Positions 11,320-23,100 of a DNA stretch of 64,000 bases are shown piece by piece. The position numbers and the translations under genes were made by a program. This stretch comes from Raillietiella orientalis. Its lineage: Eukaryota. Location of the stretch: the NCBI GenBank assembly GCA_036172245.1, contig JAYWIR010000018.1:2728001-2792000 (forward strand), written 5' to 3'. Numbering within the stretch: the stretch's first letter is position 1; each line of letters opens with the position of its first letter. The notes under the pieces were generated by a model. It searched no databases. It was given only the letters and a program-made list of their open reading frames with translations, and was not told the origin of the DNA.

Positions 11320-14300
11320 CTTGCAACGCATCCTGTAATCAGTGTGACCTCCCGGAGGAGTCTTACCGATCAAGTCGAGCTTCATCCCTTGGAAATATGG
11401 ACTTCTGTCCCTGAGGCAATCCGTGCCGGCTTCCTTGATTAAGACTTCCTTTTTGTCGTATGCTATGACGCCGAAGAAGCACTCGAATCCGTAAATGTCA
11501 AGGCGCTGCGCGTAGGAAAACGTGACCTCGTCTTCTTCCCAGTGTCCTAGGCAGCGGTACAGGCGCTCTGGAAGAGACGGCGCGCGTTCAGCGACGGAGG
11601 CGCGCCCCTCCCTGCCCTTCCTCGTTCGCAGACGCGGCAGCGTTCGCCCCCTCTCTTAGCGCGGCCGCGGTCAAAAGAAGGAGCGACAGAACAGTGCGAT
11701 GAGGGTGGCGGTGCGTTGGTGCAGGCCTCTAACCTTCTCTTCGCTTGCTTGGGTTGCCGCCGCTCCGCCAGGCAGGGGCCGTTCTGAAACCGCCGCCATC
11801 TCGGTCGCCGGCTTCGTGGTCGAGAGCCGTCCTCGACGCCGGGACGCTCGCGTTCCTGGCGGGTTGTGCGGCAGCGGTCCACGGCGTGCCGAGGGCTTTC
11901 GGTTGCATTTTGCGTGCGCGCCAGCGGGAGTTTGCCCTTTGGAATTCGAACGGATCGTAAGGCGCCGCCGCCGCCGCGTCAGCAGCAGCGGCGGTGGCGG
12001 CGGTCGTAGAGGAGGACGCCGCCGCCGCCGCCCGCCTCCTCTTCTTCGTCGCTCCTCCCGTCCGCCTGAGGCCTCTCCGTCGCGCGCTCGTCCCTGCAGC
12101 GGCGGCGCGCACCTCTGCCCTTCGACACACCCAGTCCCTGCCCGGAGTCATCCTCCCGCCCTTGCCCCACCTCCTCTCGTGGCACGCCTGCCGTGCTGCT
12201 TACGTTCGTATGCTTGGTGCAGAGAATCGCATCGAGATACCGTGTAAGAGAGCAACTGGGGGTCTTGGCAGTCGGAAGACATGTGCGCGCACAGGTCCGC
12301 GTCGTCGGGCAGCCTGCCGGCGTACTCTCCGACGATGGGGCACACGCTGGGCAGGAAGTGGCTCGTCCCTGCATCCGAGGGAAAGAAGACAGGGGAGCGC
12401 CGTCCGACCCCGGGCGGCGGCGTTTTGACCTACTGCCTTGGGTGATCCAGACGTTTGGAATGAAGTTGCTCGAGTTGCATATCCCGTCCTTGTATTGCGA
12501 GCTGGGCTTCATCGCTGGGAGAGGGGAGAGAGAAAGAGAGACAGAATTAATCCCGAGTCCGGGAGCAGGGACTCTGCTTTTTCTAATTTTTTTTTTTTTT
12601 TTCTTTTTACCGAATTGGTACTCGACTACGTTGGGAGAACGCTTCTTTATCCATATGCAGCTGTAATATTCTTCCCCGCTGGAAGGAAATCACTGATGCA
12701 CATGCATCACTTCGGGAGTTTGAAAGTGGCCACTGACCATTGCGACCTCGTGAAAACGAGGTATCGTTCGTGCGCCGCGCTCGCCACGCGGCTGACGCAA
12801 CGAGCCGTGTACGTCTTAAACATGTTTCGTTCGCGATACACCATCGTGTTGTTCTGCACCAGCACGTCCTTCCAGTAGCCCTGAAACCAAGGTGGAAACG
12901 CGCAGGACGTCAGGACGGTCAGGGGAGGCCACGGTCCCGGGGGGATGGACTCCAGGCGCATGGTCTCCGCCCCTGCTGTGGGAGTCGTCAGGTTGGAGCG
13001 GCACGTCATGTCCGACGAGAACGACATGTAGCTGATCCCCGTGCCCGCCTTCTCCTCGTACATCTGCACGTGTGTCGGGAGGAGGAGGAGGCGGGGAGGA
13101 GAAGGAGGAAGGGGAGGGGTGGAGGGAAATTTTCCCCTGTGCGCGAACACACCCTGCAGGCCCGTTTCCTAGTACGTACGGCGCATCTGTATCTGCTGGC
13201 TTTCTCCTCGTTCGCCGTCGTGTCCAGGAAGGCCGTGTACCGCCTGTTGGGATTCTCGGAAGGCCAGTCGCCCAAGCACTGGTACGTCAGGTCTGTACGG
13301 GAAAACGCCGCGTCGCTAGGGAGGTCGCCCTCCCCCCCTCCTCTACTTGCCGAGCTCGCCGAACGTGCAGTCGCGCAGCTGGATGCTCAGCCCGAACCCG
13401 TACGGGCAGTTGGTCAGCATGGACCCCGGCTTCACGCACCTCAGGGAGTCCCCGGACGGGTGCTTCATCCAGTAGGACAGCTGGTAGTGTCCGCTGAATG
13501 GGCAGAACTGGGGTGATATCGTCCCTTCGCCGAATTCGCTGTACTGCTTCACTCCTTTGGGATACGGGCGGTTCGCCCTTCGCTGGGTTCCCGGCCCCAG
13601 GGCCTTCCCCTTACTGAAAAGGGTGACCTCCGTGTAGCTGCTCAGGTTCTCCTCGGAAGGGCAGGAACTTTTTGCCTGGTACTCGTCCTTGTAGCATCCG
13701 TCGAACTGCATCGAATAAAACTGAAGGATGTTCGGAGACCTCATGTACAGCAGGAAACACCGGAAGCATACTCCTCTGGAAGAACTGGAGGAAGCGCCAT
13801 CACTCGGAGGCGTCGCCACTGCAGTCTGCATCGTCAGCTCATCAGCACCCCCTCCCTCCCGCTCTTGTTTGAGGTTCGCGTTAGCGCCCGTGTGCCTGCT
13901 CTCTCCACTCTCTTCGAGCCTCCGGGGTCCGAATCCCGCCCGGGGAAGGGTCGACGCCGAGAATGAAGGGTGCGTGTCGTCGGTTTCGAGTCCCTCCGCA
14001 AGATGACTCGGATTGGCCCATAGGCTTCGCGTGTGGTACTGGTGAAAGCCGGATGCCCCCGTTGAAGGGCCGCGATCGGAATTCGACCCTCCGGGATCCT
14101 TCCGAAAACCAAAGGACCTTTTGGGGTTCCCCTCCGGTTATGCAAATGGAGCCGTCTCCCACCTCTCGGGAGGTGACTCCATCTCGTACCACGGAGATGG
14201 TGGATTGATATCTCTTCGCTCCGCACTTGTTCGGGCGCGCTTCCTTTCCTGCACGGGAGCGCCCGAAATTCTTGCGCGCCGGACAGAAAGAGAGCGGATG

Positions 14301-17300
14301 CATGATGCGGCTCCCGCAAACGGACAGTGGAAAAGTCCGCGGGGAACCGAGAGCTGCGGGCATCCCAGAACCGCGCTCTAGAAAGCCATTCTCACTCCCG
14401 CCCTGCGTCTCCGTACACGCAGGGAAATCGAAACCGAGAACGAAGTGGTGGAAGCGTTGGCAGCCTTGGAGGCGCCACTCGAGTGACCTCCCCTCCCTTT
14501 TACGCTTGCGGAGACAACCCCACTTGAAATTTCCCTTAGTTTAGATCGGATAGTCAGGTTGCACACAATAGGGAGGGCATGCTGCCGGCAGGGTTCCCGC
14601 TGTCAGCTCCCGCAGGATTCTCTTGCCTGCGTTTCCGGAAGCCATAGCGTTCGCTGACCAAAAAGTTGGGCTGACAAGACAGCTGCTGACGGTGAAGGAC
14701 AGCAGGGAGAGGAGGGTTCCTGCCATTCGAGACGACTGTTCCCTTCTTCCTTGCCTCTCTGCCCGGGACATCAGCTCGTCCCCGTAGGTCTTCACGAACC
14801 CATGTCTTCCTCTGCTGAGGATCCTCATTCGCGTTCCGTTGATTCTGAATTCGTGGCGAGAGCGGAAGTACGGATGAACCAAGGAAGAGATGTCCGTCAT
14901 CTTCTCCTCCGTCCGGGTCTGCTCTCTCCGGCTCGTCCTCGTGTGGAAGCTGCAACAGCTCCTGCAGGTGCTCCCGGTACGGAAAGGAACCCGTCCGACA
15001 CTCCCAGCACATCTCGGGAAAAGGCTGCACGGCCGAGCACACCGCGCCTTTTCCTGGTGTGCGCCTCACCCTTCCTCCCCTCTTGTATCTTTGAACCCTT
15101 CGATCCCCTCGGTGCACCTCGGGAGTATCCCAAGAGCCCTACGGTCGACGCCCTCATCCGGAGGCGAAGTGGAGAGACGGTCCTCCGCATCGGGGTCGTC
15201 TCCTTTGGCCTTGTGTCTTCTACCTCCGTTCCTCAGGGGGGTCGCTTCGGAGCGGTGGACCTGGCTCCGACATTTTCCTCTTTCCCCAGAATAGGTCTGG
15301 ATGAAGCTGCCACCGACTTCGCAATGACCTTCTGGAGAACGAGTGCTACAACACCTCTCCGTGTTCATGATTTCCCCTTCCGTGGATTCGGGAATTTCAT
15401 CGGAGTTATTCTCGTGTCCTTCGCCTTCCGCACAAGAGATTGGTTCAGTGCTTCCTCAATGCGACCGACTAGGACGTTCCTTTTCCGCGGTCCTCCCGCC
15501 CAACTACTGCTCCTGCGGGCAGATAGAAGCCATTACCGCACCTGACCTCTCCCAGCTACGTAGGAAGCCATCACGGAAACAGATGCTAGGAGCCCGCGCC
15601 AGCGTCTTGCACGACGCTGGAGCCACCATTGAACACCACGGACCTGGGCTGGCTTGTCAGGGGCGATTTTTATCACCGGGCACGAGAGTCTTCCTAGGAG
15701 TTGGTCGGGGGCGAAGGAATTCCAGGTGGGAAGAGTTCTCAGAACGCATGGGGACTCCGCGACTTTAGACCTCCGTACCTCCGCGAGAGGAACACAGCCG
15801 GATGGCTCAGAAGAACATGAGGGTTTAATAGTTTGAGCCCGGGGGAGAGAAGCAGAGAAGTGACATCGGTGAATGACCCGAAAGCTTCCCGGAAGTACTT
15901 AAGGACGGCGGCGCAGCCACCACCGAGACAACAACCCCATGAGCTGTGCACAGATTCCACTCCTTTCGGAGGAGGACGGTGTCCACGATTGTCCGCTGAG
16001 CGGATCCTCCGCAGATTGATGTTTTTCTGAGACCTCGCCCGTGCAGAAAGTGGCAGGGGTCAAGCGGATCCAGCTAGCTGCAGGCACTGGTGAAAGGACA
16101 CACGGATATAATACGCGCCTGGAGAAGTCTGTGAGCACTCGTAGGGGCAAAGGACACCCGGTGTAACCACCCTCCCTTCCCATCGGTGTAGTGCGTCCGG
16201 CTTCAGCTTCGAGTCCATTCCCAGGATGGACTGACTGGGTCCCGGTGTCAGGGCAGTTCTCCTGATCCGGTCTTCGGTCCGTCAGGCCTCTCCGAGGCCG
16301 TGGGGCGTATCGATGTAGGATGCGTCCTAGCTGTCCATCCCATCTTTCTGGTCTCCTGCACCAACGGTCGAACCAGCCAGGTCTCTGTCGTTCCTGGCGA
16401 GAGACACCTGCACGGATCGGTCGGAGGTCCGCCAATCAGAGGTGACCAGAAAGCTCTTCGAGTCTCAATGCTGTCCAGGGAGAAGGGCGTGGTCTTAACC
16501 CGGGCGTTTTATGAAGAGGGATCTGCGCGCTGTTTCGGGCTGGATACTGAGTAGGCTAGAGACGATTTCCCTTCTCGTGTGCTCATCGAACATGGAGGTC
16601 GCCAAAAATGTGATTTTTCGGCGCTTCTCTCCCCAAACGCCCACTCTGCCTCATCTTGGCTAGATGCCCCATGCCTTTCCACCTGTCTCCAGTCCCTCCA
16701 CTGTGAATCACCGCCTTCCTGCGTTATCGATTCCGGAAAATACCGTCGACTGGTCATCTTAACCCCACGCCCCCGAGTCGCTAAGCAGCCCTGATGGGAC
16801 GACCTTCGCCACATCCTAGAAATCCTGGATGTTCGCATTCAGGACTAGCGGCTGCTACTTTGTCCTTCCAGATCGAGGACGAAGTGAACCTCTTTAGCTC
16901 TCGTTGCCGCGTGTTCAGCTCTCCGTGTTCCTCTGTCATCACCTCATAGCTCACAAACGACCCGCTGGCATGCGCTCTGGACCAGTGACGTGATTTGTCC
17001 CTACGCCAACCGCCCTGATGACTACAGGACGTCCTTCGACTGTGCTCTCATGAGAAGAGGGTTCAGAGAAGGGTCCAGGAAGACATCGCTTCTTCGTCGC
17101 GGTCCCTCCCTGAAGAACAGGATGATGAGGAACGAGATCGTGAGAGAGGTCCTTGTGCGACCGGAAGCTGCGCGCTCCGACAGGAAGATCCGAACGAAAC
17201 CTCCCGTTCTTGGAATCGACGATCCCGAGTGGAGCGGCAACCGTTCCGCCGCCTGGACCCGGTGAGTTCCCTCTAGCCTGCCTCTGGAAAGCTTACAAAG

Positions 17301-20142
17301 TTCAGGGTTGCCCCTCTTCCTCCTTGATCGAAGAATGGCTCCGCTTCCCTCTGCACATGCAGGGGAACTGCGAGGAGAAAGGCGCAGCTCCAGGCTACGG
17401 TGAAAGAGGACAGCACTGCGGTGGTGAGCGTCCCGGCCACGCGGACCGACTCCTCGGCACATGTCCACCAGACGGATCTCCCCGCAGGACGCAACCCGAC
17501 GGGTAGGTCGCGGAGTCTCTATGCGTTCTGAGAACTCGTCCCACCTGGAATTCCTTAGCGCCCGACCAACCCCGAGGAAGACGCTGGAGTCCAGTGGGAC
17601 TCCGCCTAGCAGACCAAAGGAAATTCTCCTTCCTTTGTGGGAAGGAGAGAAGAAGGGAGGGGGAAGAGAGATGCTTCCTCAAAGAGTCAGCTTGCCTCAA
17701 GGGTTTCCAAGAAACGGATGCTGCAGGACCGCATTATCTTGAAGGTGCAGGTCACCATCTCTGTGCTTCCAAATGACTTCCTTGAAGGGTGCTGCCACTC
17801 ATCCATGTAGCATGCCAAGCAGAGGCATCTCAGTTGAGGTCCTCATGACTTCCGCCAAGGCGACCCCCGGGAGTCCTTCTGGAAATCACGTCCACGCGCA
17901 ACCGTGGCTCGGCCGAATGTATGTGCGCTCTCGGCCGTTCTTCCTCTGTGGGAGAAATCTTCTGCGTCGCCGGACAGAATCACCGCCACTCTGCTCAGAT
18001 GAGTCACTTGACCAGCAAGACCAGGGGCACCCCCTCGAGCTGAGATGTCTGCAGCAGCTCGCCCGCCAGAGTTGATCGCGTCCCTTCCTGGGTGACGGAA
18101 GAATTGTCGAGGAGGAGCCGCGACTAGAGCTGCCGCCGCCGAGGCACCAGCGGTTCTGACTGTTGCCCCAGTTGCCCACCACTTCCTCTTCTCTCTCTCT
18201 AGAACCCCTAGACCGGTGCAGGCTCCTCCCACTCTCTGACAAGGAACGAACCAGCGGCCGGTCTGGAGGGCCGCTGGTTCGTCCCTTCTTCCTCGCCCAT
18301 CCGCCGCCCTCGTACAAACGACGAGCAAGGTTCGGAAGTGGCGACAGCTCGTGGAGGACACACCCGGTGCCTCTTCTTCCTCAGCAGCCTGTTCTTCGAG
18401 GAGGGATGCCAAAAAGAACGCGGACAAGGGAGCGAAGTCTTCCGGGACACTTCCCTGAAACTTCCTCGGAGCTCCTGAACGGAAGAAACTACAAATCTCT
18501 TGGGAGGAATTCCTCTAGAGGGCCCTCCGCGATGCTGAAGCGGGTTGGTTTTCCCTCCACCGTTTCCCGGAAACTGCGAGTCGCACCCAACATTGTCAGC
18601 TCTCCCAGGTGCGGAGGACAGCAATGCTGACTCTCGGCTTGCATCGTCCCGCAAGAACCCCTGCATGTCCCGAGGGCTTCAAAAGTTTTCCCCCACCCCT
18701 GCCCGTCGGCACCTCGGGCCGAGGTAGGTCGCGCGTAGGAAAGGAGAGGAAGCAGACCTGGAGTGTCCACGAAGCAAAGCCAGAGAACCTCGTCCCCCGC
18801 TTCGAGGAACCGGGATCTCGGGGAGGACGAATCGAGGTCGCCGTCCGGGGGCGCCTGCCGACTCCGCTTTGGCAGCAGGTATGGAGGACAATCTCCAGGA
18901 AAGCGCGGTGACGTTGGCTTTGCACGACCCTTGCTCAGAGCTGATGGGAGACCCCGCGAGGTCGGGGAGAGTTTCCCTTCTTCCCTTGCGGGTTGCTTCC
19001 CAACAGCCCACGGGGAATCCTCAGGAAGAGAAGAGGAGGTGAACCCCGACCTGGAGGTACTGCCGCCAGATAAGAGCGGGAGCCAGCAGGTGGGGAGGAA
19101 TTTGTGAAGACTGAATTGCAATTTCGTGGCAGGAGCAAGGAGGAGGAACGAGGAAGAGGTGGAATGAGGAAGGGGGAGGGAGAATAAAGAGGAGGAAGAG
19201 GGATCGCAACGGGTGGTACGCTAGAAGGAGCAGACCAGAGCATCCGTCCAGGCCTCGGGGAACCAGGAACCCAAAAGCCCACGCCCCTGTGCTTCTGGCT
19301 CCCGGCCGAGAGGATTGGAGGAAAGGAGAGGTGTCCAGGAGAGCTCTCTTCTCTGCAGGAACTCCCCCAGGAATACACTGGAGCCTATCCTCCCCCTGTA
19401 ACCTCCGTGCCTAGTCTACAGTGGTGGGAACTTTCCGCCGGAGGCGGCGCAGCCGCGGGGAACGCCCGAGGGCTTCCGGATGAAGCGTGGGAGAAGGGAT
19501 GCAGACTGGGAGGTTCCGAGACCGCGCCCCTGGAACTCCCTCGTGCCTTGCCCGCTCGTTCCGTTTGAGTGGCACCGCTCCCCTTGCTGGCCGTTTGCGG
19601 GGGAGCGAGGGCACGAATATTCGGGCACATGCAAGAGGATGCGACAGCGCAACCCGACGCGGCGGCGGCGGCGGAGCACAAAGGAGCAGGGCTTTCACTT
19701 CCGGTGCTCAGCAGTTCCCCCTCCCCCCCTCTTTTCTCTGCTCGCGTTCCCTTTGAACGCGTGGTTACCGGCGTAAGGAACGTTTCCTTGGCGTTGGCGC
19801 CCTCTGACCACTCCGCGCGGCGATGGAAGGAGGTTTCGAGTCTCCTCGGTCTGCAGAGGAACGCAGGCGGACCTCTGGGTGCGCGCGCTCTCATTGCATG
19901 CGTTGAGTGCGCGAGAGATCTCCGGGCTCGGGGCAGGAAGGAAGAGCGCTGGCAGCTGCCTCCTTACCTGTCCTTCAGGATGAGGACGTTCCCGTGCCTC
20001 CTGTGGCACGCTCCCCAGACCAGGATGACATCAGACAGGATCGTTACCTCGGAGTGCAGTGCATGCTTCGTCCTGAAGACATCCGGAAGCTGTGCGAGGA
20101 ATACTCCCTGGTATTCCAGGGGAAAGTAGCACACGGCGTCCA
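11114..20142 (-). CDS. Multi-exon gene for an uncharacterised Cys-rich extracellular protein (DUF7044/DUF7042/DUF7043-like); 5' exon not located
   Basis: Exons in transcript order: 20142-19968, 13775-13615, 13554-13351, 13292-13180, 13063-12738, 12678-12611, 12514-12434, 12368-12204, 11567-11367, 11319-11114. All intron phases are compatible, giving about 565 aa. Motifs include CYFPLEYQG, WGACHRRHGNVLIL, CFRCF..RSPNILQ, CPFSGHY, CLGDW...RYRCA, CAFPPWFQGYW, WITQGR, CPIVGEYAG, YRCLGHWEED, and a hydrophobic C-terminal tail. The family name is from recall and needs a Pfam/PANTHER check. Confidence 0.85.
11367..11567 (-). CDS. Exon of the Cys-rich gene (not in the ORF track)
   Basis: Acceptor tctcttccAG; encodes RLYRCLGHWEEDEVTFSYAQRLDIYGFECFFG...GMKLDLI; donor GTAAGA. 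Confidence 0.85.
12204..12368 (-). CDS. Exon of the Cys-rich gene
   Basis: Encodes TSHFLPSVCPIVGEYAGRLPDDADLCAHMSSDC...QAYE; donor GTAAGC. Confidence 0.85.
12434..12514 (-). CDS. Exon of the Cys-rich gene
   Basis: Acceptor ctctcccAG; encodes MKPSSQYKDGICNSSNFIPNVWITQG; donor GTAGGT. Confidence 0.8.
12611..12678 (-). CDS. Exon of the Cys-rich gene
   Basis: Acceptor ttccttccAG; encodes GEEYYSCIWIKKRSPNVVEYQF; donor GTAAAA. Confidence 0.85.
12738..13063 (-). CDS. Exon of the Cys-rich gene
   Basis: Acceptor gtgcAG; encodes MYEEKAG...CAFPPWFQGYW...FTRSQ; donor GTCAGT. Confidence 0.85.
13180..13292 (-). CDS. Exon of the Cys-rich gene
   Basis: Acceptor ttttcccgtacAG; encodes LTYQCLGDWPSENPNRRYTAFLD...RYRCA; donor GTACGT. 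Confidence 0.85.
13351..13554 (-). CDS. Exon of the Cys-rich gene
   Basis: Encodes VKQYSEFGEGTISPQFCPFSGHYQLSY...DCTFGEL; ends at an inferred GC donor (G|GCAAGT). Confidence 0.8.
13615..13775 (-). CDS. Exon of the Cys-rich gene
   Basis: Acceptor ttcttccAG; encodes GVCFRCFLLYMRSPNILQF...EVTLF; donor A|GTAAGG. Confidence 0.8.
13880..14225 (+). mobile_element. tRNA-headed SINE-like repeat, copy 2 (intronic, 3'-truncated)
   Basis: GTCCGAATCCCGCCCGGGGAAGGGTCGACGCCGAGAATG..GGTTTCGAGTCCCTCC..CCTCCGGTTATGCAAATGGAGCCG matches copies 1, 3 and 4. Confidence 0.7.
14600..15770 (+). mobile_element. Decayed DIRS-like RT fragment in intron
   Basis: Shares a 74-bp segment (FLGVGR) in inverted orientation with the minus-strand copy at 17507-17580; otherwise only weak RT-like residues. 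Confidence 0.4.
16050..19390 (-). mobile_element. Near full-length decayed DIRS-like element in the 6.2-kb intron
   Basis: Domain order fits: gag-like (19390-18100), RT with CYMDEW at about 17800 (cf. YLDDW), then YR-like residues (DVAKVV, SLFI, HPTSIR, W..S..THY) at 16850-16180. Confidence 0.55.
19968..20142 (-). CDS. Exon (N-terminal domain) of the Cys-rich gene
   Basis: Polypyrimidine acceptor ctttctcttccAG and donor AG|GTAAGG. Encodes DAVCYFPLEYQGVFLAQ...WGACHRRHGNVLILKD. The phase-2 end joins the exon starting at 13775. Confidence 0.85.
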
Positions 20143-23100
20143 CTGGAAGAGAAAGAAGAGATATCGCCGTCAGGGTGAACCGAGCTTTCTTTTCGCCAGG
20201 AGATCCAGGCGCAGGGATATCTCGACGAGTGGACCCGACGCCCCCAGCGCCCTCAAGCGACACTCCCCTGTCCCCCTCTTCCCCCCAGGGACGACGATAG
20301 AGTGAGCAGCAGCCGGACATCCTGCTGGCCTCCAATAGATGCCGGAGGCGGAACGAACCGACCCTTCCTCGAGGGTGTGCTACTTCCCCGGAGGTCCATG
20401 GGGAAGACGATCGCCTCTCAGGACGAGGCAGTGTAGAGGAACTCAGAGACAGGGCATCCCTCTGAGGGGGTCGCGAAGTCCCTAGGAGAATTCAGCCTCT
20501 TGCGCAGTCCAGTCGATTTTTCTCGCGAAAGAAGAATCGACTGGATAGGACTCTTGCACCTGGAGGAAGACCGACGACCTTTCCGCCTTGGACCTCAGCC
20601 GTCCGAGGGCGGTGGGGAGGGTAGAATGCTCGATGCCGATAACTTGCTAAAACCTGCAGCCAAGCCAGAGGCGGAGCCAGGAACATCCCAGTCGCAAGCG
20701 ACGAACTTGGCGCGAAATCCCCAGTGTGAAATCTCCCTCAAGACCGAGGGTTCTAGGCTGGGAGCCGATGTGTCCAACTGCGGACGCGCGTTCTACAGGA
20801 TTTGCATGACAGTTTAGATTGGTCAGGTCACACTGGATAAACAAGCACGAATTCATGTGATGACAAGGCGCAGCAAGTGAGTTCGGGTGGAGTCACATTC
20901 GATGAGGTTGGGTTTGGCATGTGGGATGGCGGGGTGGATTATGCTGGGCCAACGTTTTTTCGACCGGCGACGCAGCTCCGAAGAAAACGGCGCGAAAAGC
21001 GGTCGGAGGTGTGGCATTGACGGTCGGGCGGGTTCTCCCGAAGGATACCTCAGCGCTCCCTCCTTGAGATGGACACCTCAGGGGAATGCCTCTCGAGCTC
21101 AGGCTGCTAGGATGCGGACGACCAGGGGCGCTAGACTTGGAGCCCATAACTCTCGCTCCCCGCAAGGAAGAAATTCCCGAGTCGAGACCAAACGAGCATC
21201 CGGGGAAAAATGCAGGGGACCTATTTACGGCCGAGAGGAGTCGACGGCTGAGTGGTGGAGTTGCCGCAGCCGGCGGCGGATCGGCAGGAGGAAACCGCGT
21301 TAATTATGCATGACTCCCGGAACGAGCGGCACGCTATCGGAAAATCATGATGACGGGCGTTCTTCGGCAGCAGCTTCGTTTCCAAGAAAGGGGGAGGGGG
21401 AAATCTCGTTCCACTGCGAGGGTCCCAGCCGAAAGACCAGCAGCCCTGCTGCACTGACGATCTCCCAGAATCTGGGCTCTGCTAGGCATGCCCTTCCCGG
21501 AACAAATCGACCAAACGCGCGCACAAGCAAAAATACCTCGCCCAACAATGTAACACTATCAATGAAATGCATTGTATTACAACGATCCGGAGAAGGGGGA
21601 GGGGGACATTCATTCATGTAAGCACGTTATGCTTTGTGCTCTTGGAAGTGTTTCAAGCTGACGATATTTCCACTCCGGCGTTCCCAGGTATTCGGCTACC
21701 AGGTTGTTGCATTTTTCTCTCCTCTTTTTTTGGCTTTCCTTTTGTTAGGAGCCAGTCGAGAGCGCTGGGTGGAACTGGGAGCGTTTCCGTGGTTTCGCTG
21801 CTGAGCGCGAACCGAAAATTCTGCTCCCTGATGAGACGAGAACCCAGCTTCTCACTCTCCGAGCGCGCGCGCACATAACGACGGCCGCGCACGCTGGCTC
21901 GGCGGTGGCGGCTCGTCCGATCTGGCGCAGCGCGATCCGCGCGGGCAGCAGCCGGACGGCCGGTCAGCCGGGTCACCGCGCCGAACGCGGGAACGGCGGG
22001 CAGGTGTCGATCCTGCAAAGTTCACTCGTCGGGAGGTCTCACCAGGGAGAGGAGGATTCACACTGGTTGATGGGCACGCGTGTGAGCCCTCTCTCTCTCT
22101 CTCCCGCGCTCCGTGATGTGGTGGTTTTCCTCCTGGCTGGAGTGGCTGCCAGCTTGCGTCCTCCGTCGGCGAACGGAACCGCACGCTGATCTGCCACGTC
22201 GCGGGATCCGTCAGGTTGCCGTCGTTCGCATCTGACGAGGTTTCAGCAGCGAACCTCCCCTCCCCCCCTCCCTTTTAATTCGTCCGCCAGGGGAGACTTT
22301 CCGAGAGGGTAGACATGACAACGAGGCCGGCCTGGAGAAAGGAAATGCACCGCGACGGCGGTTCCGCTGCGCTTCGGGCCCCACAGGGCTGCCCAGGCGA
22401 AGAGCACGCAGCCACTTCGAAGCGCGCGAATCAGGGTGGAGCCGGCCTCATGCTCAGAGCGCGTTGGAACGGCGGGCGGAGCCGAAAAGTCTGTGGCGCA
22501 CCTCTCTCGCCGAAACGAAAGCAATGGTGCAGACCGTCGGGCAGACGGATCAACTGCAGCGATCTCGGAACGGTGTTGGAGGCACCAGCAGCAGGATTCG
22601 CGGTCTGGCAGGAGACACCCGGTGAAATGAGCGAGTCTCGCTTCCTGCGGAACGCCGCGAAAGGGAGGGTTGGTGATGGCACCCTCGGAAGGATGGCTTC
22701 GCGGCAGCAGGGGTTCCTCCGGTCCTCTCCTCGAAGCCTCAGCAGGGTCGAGGAAGCGAAAAGCAGGGAGCGGGTCCCGGCTCCATGTTTGAGGAATCCT
22801 AGGGAGCGCTGCGGGGATCCGACCCGCAGCGAGACTTTCGCGGTGGTGGTCGACTCCCGGAAATTCAGGATTGCCAGGAAGAGAGGAATCCAGATCCTCC
22901 CCCCTTCTTCACCCCAAAAAAGCCAACCGAACGGAGTCGCGCGCACGGCTTCACGTGTGGTCGATCGAGGGTTTTCGCGGAAGCTGTCCGGAGCCGCATC
23001 TGCACCCACGCCCTCTCTCACGCGAGCAGCGCAGCCCTTCGGATTGCCCGTGCCCACGTTCAGGTTGCAGGCAGACGAAATGTATGCGCGCGCGGAAGGG

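Noticed and set aside
13316..13346. 31-nt GT-AG intron alternative
   Set aside because: In frame, but much shorter than the other introns of the gene and with a poorer acceptor than the 58-nt GC-AG solution.
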